Shown here: positions 37,056 through 50,836 of the stretch, piece after piece | Position numbering within the stretch: the first letter of the stretch is position 1 | Layout of the letters: every line of letters begins with the position of its first letter | Assembly (NCBI GenBank): GCA_028826165.1 | Contig: JAPDFW010000103.1 | Coordinates: 806,001-870,000, forward strand | Direction of reading: 5' to 3' | Source of the DNA: Anaeramoeba ignava BMAN | Taxonomy: Eukaryota > Protista > Anaeramoebae | Length of the DNA stretch: 64,000 nucleotides | The notes under the pieces: generated by a model | What the model saw: the letters and a program-made list of their open reading frames with translations, nothing else | What the model was told of the DNA's origin: nothing | Database searches by the model: none | Translations under genes and position numbers: made by a program

Positions 37056-38925
37056 TTAATTATTATTGTTATTGTTATTATTATTAATGAAATTATCATC
37101 AATATTATTTTCAATTTCAATTTCAATTTCAATTTCGTCTTGATTTTGATTTTGATTTTCATTTTCATTTTCATTTTCATTTTCATTTTCTAATAATTTT
37201 TCAATCTCAATTTTAATCACTAATTGTTCAACTACTTTTTTCAAATCCTTTTGTTTCTTTTCAAAAAATTCTTGACTTTGTTTGTTTAATATTTGAAATG
37301 GAAATTCAAAATTTTCCAATTTTTTAATAAAAAGTGGATCAAGTTCTTTTTGGATAAAATTTTGGAAAATTTTTGTTTCAAGAAAATGAGAAAAGAATCT
37401 CTATTTAAAAGAAGAAAAAAAAAATAGGGAATGGAAATTAAATTATTTTAAATTATTTTCAATTATTTTCAATTACTTTCCATTTATCAGGAATTATTTT
37501 CATTAATTTCTCTTTTTCATGAATAAGATTCAATTTATTTTTGAAAAGAATTAAAAATATTGTTGAAAACATTTGAATAATTAAATTAATTGAAGAATCT
37601 CCTTGAAGTAAAAGTGGTTCATCTTCATGTGAATCAATTTTTTCTAAATTATTATTCATTTCTTCAAAAATCATTAATTCATCAGTTTGAGAGGGAAAAA
37701 AATATTTTTGAGAATAAAAAAGAACATCTTCAGGAAAAGGATAATCAATAATAATTTCAACATGTGAATTAGAATTAGAATTAAAATTAAAATTAAAATT
37801 AGAATAAGAATTTGAAGTTGAATGATTGAATTTAATTTGATTTGAGTTGAAATCCAAATCCAAATCCAAATCGATATTAATCAACTAAATAAAATTTAAA
37901 AATTATTTCAAAATTAAAAATTAAAATTCATTTTAAAATTAAGTTAAATTCACTCTTTCTGTTTTTTGTATTCTTGTTATTAATGAAGAATGAATTCCAA
38001 AAAAGAATTTTTGAGAATAATCAAGTTTTTCTAAAAATTCAAGTGGATAAACTGGACAATATAAATATGGCCATTCAAAAGGAAATAATAATTTTTGAAT
38101 AAGTTCTCCAAATTGAATTAAAAGTCGGAAATTTTGAGAGAAAAATAAAACAGATCTTTCATTTAAAAGTGCATTAACTGCCAATATTATTTGATTTAAA
38201 AGATTTCCCATTGGTTTATTAAAGCTAATAAAATTAATCTATTTTTTTTTTTGAATAAGAAAAATTGTTTTCAAAATGTATTTTTTTTGTATTTACATCA
38301 AGAATTAAAGAGTTTTGTTCTGGAATTCGAATTCTATTTCCATTAATTTCAATTTCAAAAATATTATTAGTTAATTCTTGTTGATAAATATGATTTCCAA
38401 TATTTGCAAGTTTTTGAGCATCTAAATCTATTTTTTTTATAAAATTCATTTATAAAATTAAAATTAAAATTAAAATTATAATTAAAAACCATTAAATTGA
38501 AAATCATTATCTTCAGAAAATGCTATTAAAATTTGATCAAATGTTGCATAAAAAGGATATTTAGAAATTATAGCAATTGTTTTTGGTACAAAAACATTAG
38601 ATTTTTTTTTCTTTTTCTTTGAAGAATTAATAAAATAATTAAAAGAAATTTCATAATATTTTGTAAAACAAAAACCAAAAAGACAATTTTTTTCATCTTG
38701 AAAAGTTCTAAAATGATGAATAAATGAACTTGTTTTAGATTCATCTTCAAAAATAACTTGTTCTAAAGGATTTAAATAAGGTTTTAAATGTAAAAATTTT
38801 TTTTCTTCATTTTTTTGATTTGAAGGATAAAATTCATGGAAAATTTGTTCAATATTTTCAATATTTTGTTTTTTAATTTTTTGAAAAGAAGAAAGAATAA
38901 CAGATTCAAATAATTTAAAATTCAT
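37056..38925 (-). CDS. DENN-domain protein (Rab GEF family), 5 exons
   Basis: Exons 38925-38490, 38427-38297, 38238-37954, 37884-37477, 37400-37056 in frame. uDENN (FGFCF...PKTIAIISKYPFY..F), cDENN (ALLNERSVLFFS...LLFPFEWPYLYCPV.P...FFFGIHSS), dDENN (FFSHFLETKIFQNFI). Confidence 0.85.
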
Positions 38926-39007
38926 TTTTAAAAATTAAAAAAATGGAAAAAAAATGAAAAAATTAAATTTTCATTTTTTTTCTTTTAATTTAATTAATTA
39001 AATAAAA

Positions 39008-39478
39008 ATGAATAATTTTTATAATTCAAAAAAATCATATCAAAATCAAAATCGAAATCAAAATCGAAATCAAAATCAAAATTCAAAGAAATTAAGAAGA
39101 AAAAATAGATCAGGAATAAATAGAAAAAAAATAACTCCATTTCTTCTTTCAACATTTATTAGAGTTGGGAAAAAAAATACAATTCAAGATTATATGAATG
39201 AACTTCCTCATAATGAATTACAAATTTACACTTGGATTGATGCAACTTTAAAAGAATTAACTTCAATTATTAAAAGACTTTGTTCTCCTGCTCGTCAAAA
39301 AAATGCTAAACTTTCTTTTGCTTTTGTTTTTAAAGACAAATATTCTGGTTATATTATGTTTAAAAATGTTGGTTATACTTTTTCTTCAAAATCTTCTGAT
39401 AATGATTTTAAAACTCTTGAAAATTTAGGTTTTAGAATTGGTGATTTTTTGGATGTTGCTATTTTTCTTGAAGATTAA
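39008..39478 (+). CDS. SAP18: Sin3-associated polypeptide SAP18
   Basis: INRKKITPFLL..F, ELQIYTWIDATLKELT, LSFAFV, D.KTL....F.IGDFLDVAI. Confidence 0.93.
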   Translation: MNNFYNSKKSYQNQNRNQNRNQNQNSKKLRRKNRSGINRKKITPFLLSTFIRVGKKNTIQDYMNELPHNELQIYTWIDATLKELTSIIKRLCSPARQKNAKLSFAFVFKDKYSGYIMFKNVGYTFSSKSSDNDFKTLENLGFRIGDFLDVAIFLED

Positions 39479-39499
39479 CTATTTTCTTTTAAAAAATAA

Positions 39500-41370
39500 A
39501 TTTATTTTTGAAATTGAAATTAAATATTTTTGAATTTAAATATTTTGGAAATTAAATATTTATTTTGGAAATTAAATATTTATTTTGGAAATTAAATATT
39601 TTGGAAATTAAATATTTTGGAATTGAATATTTATTTTGGAAATTAAATATTTATTTTGGAATTTAAATATTTTGGAAATTAAATATTTTGAAATTAAATA
39701 TTTATTTTGGAAATTGAATATTTTGGAAATTAAATATTTATTTTGGAAATTAAATATTTATTTTGGAAATTAAATATTTTGGAATTAAATATTTTGGAAA
39801 TTAAATATTTATTTTGGAAATTAAATATTTTGGAAATTAAATATTTATTTTGGAAATTAAATATTTATTTTGGAAATTAAATATTTTGGAATTAAATATT
39901 TATTTTGGAAATTAAATATTTATTTTGGAAATTAAATATTTATTTTGGAAATTAAATATTTATTTTGGAAATTAAATATTTATTTTGGAAATTAAATATT
40001 TTGGAAATTGAATATTTTTGAAATTAAATATTTATTTTGGAAATTAAATATTTTTTGGAAATTAAATATTTATTTTGGAAATTAAAATATTTATTTTTGA
40101 AATTAAATATTTATTTTGGAAATTAAAATATTTATTTTGGAAATTAAATATTTTGGAAATTAAATATTTATTTTTTGGAAATTTAAATATTTATTTTGGA
40201 AATTAAATATTTATTTTTGGAAATTAAATATTTATTTTGGAAATTAAATATTTTGAATTTTAAATATTTAAAAATTAAATATTTTTGGAAATTAAATATT
40301 TATTTTGGAAATTAAATATTTTGGAATTTAAATATTTATTTTGGAAATTAAATATTTATTTTGGAAATTAAATATTTATTTTGGAAATTAAATATTTTGG
40401 AATTAAATATTTATTTTGGAAATTAAATATTTTGAATTTAAATATTTATTTTGGAAATTAAATATTTTGGAAATTAAATATTTTGGAAATTAAATATTTA
40501 TTTTGGAAATTAAATATTTTGGAAATTAAATATTTTGGAAATTAAATATTTATGAATTAAATATTTTGGAAATTAAATATTTATGAATTAAATATTTTGG
40601 AATTTAAATATTTTTGAATTAAATATTTTGAAAATTAAATATTTATTTTGGAAATTAAATATTTATTTTGGAAATTAAATATTTATTTTGGAAATTAAAT
40701 ATTTATTTTGGAAATTAAATATTTATTTTGGAAATTAAATATTTATTTTTGAAATTGAAATTTTGGAATTTAAATATTTTATTTTGAAAAATTAAATATT
40801 TATTTTGGAAATTAAATATTTATTTTGGAAATTAAATATTTTGGAAATTAAATATTTTGGAAATTAAATATTTATTTTGGAAATTAAATATTTATTTTGG
40901 AAATTAAATATTTATTTTGGAAATTAAATATTTTGGGAATTAAATATTTTGGAAATTAAATATTTATTTTGGAAATTAAATATTTATTTTGGAATTTAAA
41001 TATTTATTTTGGAAATTAAATATTTTGGAAATTAAATATTTTGGAAATTAAATATTTATTTTGGAAATTAAATATTTATTTTGGAATTTAAATATTTATT
41101 TTGGAAATTAAATATTTTGGAAATTAAATATTTTGGGAATTAAATATTTATTTTGGAAATTAAATATTTATTTTGGAAATTAAATATTTTGGAAATTAAA
41201 TATTTATTTTGGAAATTAAATATTTTGGAAATTAAATATTTATTTTGGAAATTAAATATTTTGGAAATTAAATATTTATTTTGAAAATTAAATATTTATT
41301 TTGGAAATTAAATATTTTGGAAATTAAATATTTTGGGAATTAAATATTTTGGAAATTAAATATTTAAATT
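39500..41370. repeat. ~1.9 kb satellite of TTTTGGAAATTAAATA(TTTA) 16/20-bp units
   Basis: Roughly 100 tandem units starting immediately after the SAP18 stop codon. Confidence 0.95.
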
Positions 41371-41624
41371 GATTAATAAAAATGTTATTAAAAAATATGA
41401 TGAGTCAGGAGATTAATCATTAATTAAAAAATTAATAAAATAGATCAAATTAATCAAATTAATTAATCAAATTAATCAAATTAAAATTTTTGAGGACAAA
41501 TTTCTAAAGAAAAAATAAAAAATAAAGAAAAATTTTCAAAATTAAAAATTTCATTTTTTTTCTTTTTCATTTTTATTTTTTAAATAAGAAATTTTAATTT
41601 AAAATTTAAATTCAAAAAAAAAAA

Positions 41625-44600
41625 ATGTTAAAAAGAATTATAAGAAATCCAACAAAAAGAAAAGCAAGTGAAGTAACAACAGTTTCATTACAATTTGGAA
41701 TAATTTCAATACACGATTTATCTTTTATGGAAGAAAATGTAATTATGTGTTGGAAAAGAGGATGGAGAAAAGGACAAACAAAACAATCAAAAATTCAAAA
41801 AAATGGAGTTGTTCGATTTCTTTCTGAATTTATTGTTCCTGTTAAATTATATTCAAATAATCGCATTGAAGGATTTGAATCTAAAACTTTATCTTTATCA
41901 CTTATTGTTGTAAAATTAAAATTAAAATTTAAAATCAAAATTAAAATCAAAATTAATTTATAAATTTAAAATTAAAATTAAAATTAAAATTAAATTTAAA
42001 ATTCATTTTAAAAATTAAAATTAAAATTAAAATTAAAATTAAAATTAAAATTAAAATTAAAATTAAAATTGAAATTAAAATTAAAATTAAAATTAAAATT
42101 AAAATTAAAATTAAAATTAAAATTTTAAAATTAAAATTAAAATTAAAATTAAAATTAAAATTAAAATTAAAATTAAAATTAAAATTTAAATTAAAATTAA
42201 TTTATAAAATTAAAATTAAAATTAAAATTAAAATTAAAATTAAAATTAAAATTAAAATTCATTTATAAAATTAAAATTAAAATTCATTTATAAAATTAAA
42301 ATTAAAATTCATTTATAAAATTAAAATTAAAATTAAAATTAAAATTAAAATTAAAATTAAAATTAAAATTAAAATTAAAATTAAAATTAAAATTAATTGA
42401 TAGTTGGATCCAAATAAGAAAAAGAAAATTGGAAAATTAGAATTAGATATTTCAAAACTAAAAATATCAATTCAACCAATAGTTTGTGAATACATAGTTA
42501 CACTCAAAACACCAAACAAACATCAATTTCATCCAAAATTATATTTTTGTTTTTGGACAAAAATTTATCAAAATCAAACAGAATATTCAAGTATATTTAA
42601 ACATCCAAAAGTGAAAGAACCAATAAAAAAAATTGAATCAATTCAAAAATCAATGAAAGAAAACTCAATTTCAGAAATTTATTCAACTTTTTCAATTGAT
42701 TCAGATTTGGATTCAGATTTGGAAATGCTTTCAATTTGTAATTTTGAATTAAATGAATTGAAAAATCAAGTTATTTTAAAAAGACCAAAAAAAGTAAAAT
42801 TTAATTAAAAAATTCAAAAAATTAAAATTATTAAAAAATAAATTTCTTTACTTTTGAAATTTTAAAATTAACTTAGATAAAAAAACCCCAAAAATCAAAT
42901 CAAAAAGAAATTAAATTAACAGTAAATTATCTCTTTATTTAAATTCTTTTAAATCCATTTAAATTCATTTAAATATTTTTAAATTCATTTTAATTATTTT
43001 AAATCCTTTTTAAATTCTTTTAAATCCTTTTAAATTCTTTTAAATTCATTTTAATCCATTTTAAATTCTTTCTAAATCCTTTTAAATTCTTTTAAATCCT
43101 TTTAATTCTTTTAATTCTTTTAATCCTTTTTAAATTATTTTTAAACTCATTTTTAATTCATTTTAATCCATTTTAAATTCATTTAAATTATTTTAAATTC
43201 ATTTAAATCATTTTAATTATTTTAAATTATTTTAATTCTTTTAAATCCATTTAAATTCATTTAATTATTTTAAATTCTTTTAATTCATTTAAATTATTTT
43301 AAATTCTTTTAAATTCTTTTAAATTCTTTTAAATCCTTTTAAATCCTTTTTAAATTCTTTTAAATTCATTTAAATTCTTTTAAATTCATTTAAATTCTTT
43401 TAAATTCTTTTAAATTCTTTTAAATTCTTTTAAATCCATTTAAATTCTTTTAAATCCTTTTTAATTCTTTTAAATTCTTTTAAATCCTTTTAAATTTATT
43501 TTAAATTATTTTAAATTCTTTTAAACTTCTTAGACAAAAATTCCAAAGAAAAAAAAAACAGAAAAAATTAAATTACAAACACCACAAATCATCAAGAACA
43601 AAGAAGAAAAAATAAATGAAAAAGAAAAAATAATTGAAAATGAAGCAAATATAAATGAAAAAGAAAATATAAATAAAAAAGCAAACATAATTGAAAAAAA
43701 AGAAAATATCATTGAAAAAAAAGCAAAAATAGAAGAATCACCAACACTTTCAAAACATCGGATATCAACTGATAATTTCCCACAACAAAGAACAAGATCC
43801 ATTTTAAAAGAAAAAAAACAATCAATACACGAAAAACAAAAAAATAGCAAAATTGATGATGATGGATTTATTCCCATTGAAGATTTTAGTTCAATGACAT
43901 CAAAATTAACAAAATCAAATACTAATAATATTAATGATAATGATGAAGATGGATCAGAATACAGCCAAAGAATTGAGATCGATAACATACTCGATGATAA
44001 CGACTTTATTCAACAAATATCATCAAGATCAATCTCAAAAATTGTTGAAAAAGAACCCAAAATAATCCAACAATATCGGAAAAAAATTATTCAACTTGAA
44101 CTAAAAATTCAACACAAAGAATTGTTGAATAAAGAAAAAATACTTATTGAGGAATTATTTTATTTTGAAAACCCAAGATACCAATTTGGAATATCTATTT
44201 CTTCTTGCGCTTTCTGCTCGTTTCTTATTAAATCAAATATTTTTCTTGACAAACAACTTGATATTGTTGATGCATTTTTGGATTCTTTAGAATTATTATT
44301 TCAATTTTATTTAAATCGTCCAAAAAAATTATTATGGATTGCCTCAAATATTATTCAAATCCAAAAAATCCTCTTCACAAGTTGCTCAGAAAAATCCCAA
44401 ATTAGCAATTCCTTTATGCATCTTCAAAAAAGCCTTCCAGATTTTGCAAACAATTTCATGATCCAATATTTAAAATCATTTTTTTCACAAATGAAGTTCA
44501 ATTTGAAAAGAAATTTGATTATGGATTCCTCCATTTTTAACGGTGTTTATAATTTCAAAAAAAGAAAAAGATTAGATGAAGAAGATTATTCAACATCAGT

Positions 44601-45320
44601 TTGTGTTATCCAATATTTCGAATCATTTATTGAAGATCTGGAAGTAAATTCAATTCCAAAAGAAATCCAGTTTTTTTTGGTTCAACAATTTCTTAATTTT
44701 ATTGATAGCGAAATTCTTCGTTCAGTTGTTATTAATCCAACACTATTTTCCCATGAAAATGCTTTATCAATCAAAATGTCCATTTCTTTAATTGAGGATT
44801 ATGTCAAAAGCAAATCATTCAATCAAATCAAGTAAATTTGGATTTTTTGAATTTAATTAATTTTTATTTTTATTTTTATTTAATTTGATTTGATTTTTAT
44901 TTAATTAGTTTACTTCCAAAATCAAGTGAAATTGCAAATTTGTTAATCTTAAAATCACAAGTTATTCAACATCCAAATTTACTGAAAACAATTTGTCCAA
45001 CTTTAAAACCAACACTTGCTCATAAAATGCTTTCTGCTTTCATTTCTGATTTGTATTCAAAATTTTATTTAATTTTTAATTTCTAATTTAAATTTTAAAT
45101 TATTTTTTTATTTTAAAAAAGGAAATTTTTTAATAGATCTTTTCAAGAACCTTATTTAAGAGAAATTGAAGGTTTAGAAGATCCTTATTATAATTTCCCA
45201 TCAAAAATTACAATAGATTTAAATCAGTTTGATGTTGAAAAATGGGAAGAAGTTAGTATTGGAAAGTATATTCTCCAAAAACCAAGATTAAAAAATTTTG
45301 ATTTAATTCTTCAAAAATAA
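41625..45320 (+). CDS. NT-C2 (EEIG1/EHBP1-type) + C-terminal Dilute (DIL)-like domain protein, 6 exons
   Basis: Exons 41625-41909, 42404-42793, 42877-42921, 43534-44831, 44909-45052, 45137-45320 in frame. NT-C2: WKRG..KGQT, V.F...F..PVKLY, K.L.LSL, KKIGKLELDISK. DIL: Q.L.FID..I...V......S..NA.SIKM.IS.IE, EIANLL.L, ICP.L. Confidence 0.75.
41910..42400. repeat. Intronic (AAAATT)n repeat
   Basis: Intron 41910-42403. Confidence 0.88.
42935..43525. repeat. Intronic (TTTAAATTCT/TTTAAATCCT)n ~10-mer repeat
   Basis: Intron 42922-43533. Confidence 0.85.
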
Positions 45321-45359
45321 TTGAAATTAAAACAAAACAAAACATTTTTACATTTTGAT

Positions 45360-47800
45360 TTTTATTTGAATTTAAAATAATAATATTTTTATTTATTAAA
45401 TTAATATTTTTGATTATTTATTATTTTAATTTTAATTATAATAAAATATATTAAAAAAGTGGAATAAATATTTTAATAAATATAAATATTTAATTTTAAT
45501 AAAATTTAATAATAATTTAATTTAAATTTATTTTATTTTAATTTAATATAATATTTTTATTTATTATATTAATATTTTTATTATTTATTATTCCAATTTT
45601 AATTATAATAAAATATATTAAAAAGTTGAATAAATATTTTAATAAATATATATGTTTAATTTTAATAATATTTAATAATAATTTAATTTAAATTTATTTT
45701 ATTTTAATTTAATATAATATTTTTATTTATTATATTAATATTTTTAATTATTTATTATTTTAATTTTAATTATAATAAAATATATTAAAAAAGTGGAATA
45801 AATATTTTAAAAATATAAATATTTAATTTTAATAATATTTAACAATTTAATTTAAATTTATTTTATTTTAAAAAAATAAATTTAAAATAATATTTTTTTT
45901 ATTTTTTATTATATTTTTATTTATATTAAAAAATATTAAAAAATAATAAATTTATTTAATTTTTAATATTTAATTTTAATAAATTTTTTAATTTAAATTT
46001 ATTTTAATTTAATTTTATTTTTATTTTTATTTATTATATTAAAAAATATTCAATTTTTTAAATTTTTTTATTTTTAATTATTTATTTTTATTAATTAAAA
46101 ATTTTTAATAAATATTTTTTTAAAATAAAAATTAAATTTTTAAAATTTTAAAATTTAATTTTAAATTTATTTTTATTTTAATTTTATTTTATTATTTTAA
46201 TTTTATTAAATTAATATTTTTAATTAAAATTGAATTTTAAATTTATAATGAAAAATAAAAATAAAAATTTTGATTAAATTTTTATAAATATAAATTTTAA
46301 TTGAAATAATTCAACAATAATTTAATTTAAATTTGATTTATAAGAATTTAATATAAATATTTTTATTTTATTAAATTAATATTTTTAATTATTTATTATT
46401 CCAATTTTAATTATAATTATAAATATATTAAAAGTGGAATAAATAGGTTTTTAATAAAAATAAATGTTTAATTTAATATTATTTAATAATAACCCAATTT
46501 AGATTTATTTTAATTTAAATTTATAATAAATTATTTTTATTTATTAACTTAATATTTTTGATTATATTATTATCCCCTTTTTAATTTCTTAATGAAAAAT
46601 AAATAAAAAGTGGAATAAATATTTTAATAGTTGGGTAAATATTTAATTTTAATATTATTTAATAATAATTAAATTTAAAATTTATTTTATTTTAATTTAA
46701 TATAATATTTTTATTTATTATATGCTTTATTTTTAATTTTTCAGGAGAAATTCCAATTTTAATTATAATAAAATATATTAAAAATCCTTTTTCATTTTAA
46801 GAAAAATATATATTTAATTTTAATAATAATTCTTGTAATTTAATTTAAATTTATTTTATTTTAATTTAAAATAATATTATTTTGAAATTTATTAAATAAT
46901 ATTTTTAATTGGTTCCAATTCTTTTTCAATTTTAATTTTAACTAAAATTTCTTTAAATATTTAATAAATATTTTATCAAACATTGGTTTATTTTCTCATT
47001 TTCATTTTATTTTTCAATAATTTAATTTAATTCCATTTTCATTTAATCGTTTGAAATGTTTCAAAAATTAAATTAATTTTTAATTTTTCTTATTTCAATT
47101 TTCAATTTTTCTCGTAAAAAAATTTAAAAAAAATTGGAATAAATTTTTTAATAAATCTTAAAGTTATTTAAGTTTTGTTTAATATTTAATAATAATTTAA
47201 TTTAAATTTATTTTATTTCAATTTAATATATATTTTTTTTCTTTAATATTTTTAATTATTTATTATTTCAATTTTAATTATCTTTAAAATATATTTTCTT
47301 TTCTTTTAAAAATTAAAAATTTTAAATTGTCTTTAACATGATTGAATAAGATAAACTTTCCTGTAAAAATAATTTGGAAAAATTATTCTTATTTTTGATT
47401 TTGATTAAAATTTATTTTTATTTAAATAATTAATTAATAATAAATTTTATTTGATTTTTATTTTTTTATTTTAATTAATATTTTTAATTTTAATGATTTT
47501 AATTTCTTTTGATCAATTTTTATTTTTATTTCAAATATTAAAAAATTCAATTTGAAAAATTTTTATTTTTCTTATTTAAATTAAATAATTTTTGATAAAT
47601 ATTTTAAATTAAATTGAATAAATTTCATTAAAATTAAATTTGGGAAAATTTTATTTATTTTCAAAAGAATTTTATTTTAAATTAAATTGAATAAATTTCA
47701 TTAAAATTAAATTTGGGAAAATTTTATTTATTTTCAAAAGAATTTTATTTTAAATTAAATTAAAATTTAAATTTAAATTTTGAAAAATAAAAAGTTTGAA
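45360..47800. repeat. Degenerate ~167-bp AT-rich tandem repeat mixed with fragments of the neighbouring TLDc gene
   Basis: AAAAGT(G/T)GAATAAATATTTTAA recurs at ~45455, 45621, 45789, 46431, 46606. TCAGGAGAAA...AAAATCCTTTTCATTTT at 46741-46800 copies ~48222-48270. An exact ~73-bp duplication lies at 47602-47760. Confidence 0.6.
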
Positions 47801-47819
47801 TTTTTTGAATAATTAATTA

Positions 47820-49533
47820 ATTTTAAATTTTTGAATCAATTTCATCAATAAATTTATTATTTAAAATAACTTTTAGCTTCATTTGTTCCATAAGTGGGTA
47901 GATTTCTTGATTCTCAAAATTTGAATAACCAGGTTGGTAAGAATATAATTCAAAAATCATATCCACCACCAAATTTTGGAATTGATTTAAATGAGAATTA
48001 ATTGCATATTGTTCTTCTCCTTTTTAATTGTAAACTTTTAAAAAGGTATTCTATCTCCTTTATCATTTCTTAAAATGAAAAATAAACATTTGAATCATTA
48101 ATCCAATTCTCCATTTGAATGTTTAAATCCAACTTGAGTAAAACCTCCAAAAATAAAAATTATCTTTTGTTTTGATAATAACTAATGTTTTTCCTTTCCC
48201 ATCAAAAGGTTTATGCCAATTTTCAGGAGAAAAATCCATCTATTTTTGCTGAAAATCCTTTTTCATTTTAGAAAAAAATCATTTCATTTATCCATTCTTG
48301 TAATTTCTTAACATATTCAATTATCTTTAATAATTCTTGAATCTGAAAATTGAGGAAAATTATTATTTCTTCTATTTTCTTTTTCATTTCAATTTTTTTT
48401 TGATATTTTGTGAATAATTTTTGTTTTTGTTTTCATTTTCTTTTAAATTTTCTTTTGAAATTTATCTTTAAATTCAATTTTCATTTTTTCGTTTGAAATT
48501 TTCAAAAATTAAACTTCTTTTTCAATTTATCTTCAAGTTCTTTTTGTTTCATTTTCTTTTTAATTTATTATTTTAAGTTCTTTGTTTTCGTATCAACTTC
48601 TTGTTTTAAATTTCTCTTCAATTTGAATTTTCGTTTCTTCGAATTTTTTTAATTGAATTTTCTTTTTTTTAATTGAATAATTTTTATTTGAATTGAAAAA
48701 TTGAGTTTAAGAAATTTAAAAATAATTTGGAAGAAAAATTTCAAATTGTTTTAATTTATCAAAATCTTGTTTTGAAATTGAATCTTTATCAAATGAAAAA
48801 AAGAAATAATCTTTCTTTTCTTTCATTCATTTTGTGTTTATTTTTAAATAATTAAAATGAATTAACTAAAACAATCTTTAATTATTTAAAAATTGAAAAA
48901 TCAAATTGAAAAATTTCTTTTTTTCTTGTTTAAATTGAATAAATTTGATAATTTCTTCTATTCTTAAATTAAATAAATTCATTATTCTGAATTTGAGAAA
49001 AATTTTGATTTATTAATTAAAAAAATTTTATTTAATTTAAATTTGAATTTAAATTTCGATTTTGGAATAAAAATTGGAAAAATTTGAATAATTAATTGAA
49101 TTTGAAATTTTTGAATAATTTCTTTCAATAAATTTAATTTAAAATAAATTGAAATTTCTAATAATTGAATAAGATTTTCTTGATTCTAAAAAATATTTCC
49201 ATAATAAATATAACTCAAAATTGATTCCATTTCTTTTTTATTAAATTGATTTAAAAAAATCTTATTTATCTGATCTCTATCTCTTAAAAACTCATTAAAA
49301 AAAGGAGATCTTGAAGATAAAATTGATTTATGAACTTTAATTTCAAAAGTATTTGATTCATTCTCAACAAAAATTGAAAAATCTTTAAATGAATTTCCAT
49401 TTAAAAGGTTTGAATAATTTTTAATTAAATTTTTTGTTACTTTTTTTTCTAAATTTTTCATTTCATTTTGATTTTCATTTTGATTTGCATTTTCAATTTG
49501 GTTGTTATTATTATTATTATTATTATTATCCAT
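47820..49533 (-). pseudogene. Disrupted BTB/POZ-(BACK)-coiled-coil-TLDc gene
   Basis: N-terminal BTB (FKDFSIFV...IKVHKSILSSRSPFF...MESILSYIYYG), then many frameshifts; TLDc remnants at ~47850-48300 (GFSPENWHK..DGKGKTLVII, IFGGFTQVGF, FGGG). Confidence 0.7.
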
Positions 49534-49924
49534 TTTGTTTTTTGTGTTTGTTTTTGTGTTGTTGTTTTTGTGTTTAAAAAGAAAGGAAAAAAATGAAAAA
49601 AAAAAATTTAAAAAAAAATAAAAAAAAAAATAAATAAAAATATAAAAAATAAGAATAAATTTAAATTAATAATTAATTTAATTTTCTTTTTAATTTATTA
49701 TTTTAAATTAATTTATTAATAAATTATTATTATTTTTTATTAATTTTTTTATTAAAAAAAAAGGAAAATTAATTTAATTTAATTTTTAATTTAATTTTTT
49801 TTTTGGAATTTAAAAATTATTAATAAATTTAAATTTTAAAACAAATTTCCAAATTAATATTAATTCAATTTAATTCAAAAAAAAGATAAAATTTTAATTT
49901 CAAAAATCAATTTTCAAAATATTT

Positions 49925-50462
49925 TTAAATAATAAAATATTTAAATCTAAAACAATAAATTATTATTTTAATAACAAAAATTAAATATTAAATTATATTT
50001 TTAAATTAATTTATAAATTAAATATTAAATTAAATCTATTTTCATTTTTTATATTTATATGTTAAATATTTAAATAATAAAATATTTAAATCTAAAAACA
50101 ATAAATTACTATTTTAAACATAAAATTAAATATTAAATTATATTTTTAAATTAATTTATAAATTAAATATTAAATTAAATCTATTCTTATTTTTTATATT
50201 TATATGTTAAATATTTAAATAATAAAATATTTAAATCTAAAACATTAAATTATTATTTTAAAAATAAAATTAAATATTAAATTATATTTTTAAATTAATT
50301 TATAAATTAAATATTAAATTAAATCTATTCTTATTTTTTATATTTATATGTTAAATGTTTAAATAATAAAATATTTAAATCTAAAACATTAAATTATTAT
50401 TTTAATAATAAAATTAAATATTAAATTATATTTTTAAATTAATTTATAAATTAAATATTAAA
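49925..50462. repeat. ~145-bp tandem repeat, ~3.7 copies
   Basis: AATAAAATATTTAAATCTAAAA starts at 49931, 50076, 50221, 50365. Confidence 0.85.
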
Positions 50463-50775
50463 TCATTTCCGTTTTTTTTTGATTTGGATTTGTTTGATTT
50501 AATTGAAAATAATCAATTCCTCTTTCTAATTCTTCAATTATTTCTTGTGTAATTTGAATTTCATTTTTAATTTGATTTGAATAAATCCAATATTCAAATA
50601 TTTGAAATGATTTATTACTTAATTCACTATAATCTGTAACTTTATTAGATTTATCTTCAGTTACAGATAAAAACATTCCTCGATATAATTCACTTCTCAT
50701 TATTAATATTAATTTAGGAAATTTATATTGTTTTTCTTTTCTTTCAATAATAAAATATTTTTCATTTTCATTTAA
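50458..50775 (-). pseudogene. Isolated, truncated BTB-domain fragment
   Basis: YFIIERKEKQYKFPKLILIMRSELYRGMF...DYSELSNKSFQIFEYWIYSNQI...IDYFQL is BTB-like; no ATG-initiated N-terminus; ends at the tandem repeat. Confidence 0.6.
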
Positions 50776-50836
50776 ATAAAAAATGGAATAAAGAATATTA
50801 AATAATTAAATTTCCTTTTTCAGTTTTTCTGTTGAT

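Noticed and set aside
39500-41370. Interstitial telomere (TTTTGG-like)
   Set aside because: The unit is 16-20 bp with only GG and is not a short G-rich telomeric repeat; genes flank both sides.
41395-41500. Possible C/D snoRNA (ATGATGA box C)
   Set aside because: No CTGA box D or terminal stem at a suitable distance.
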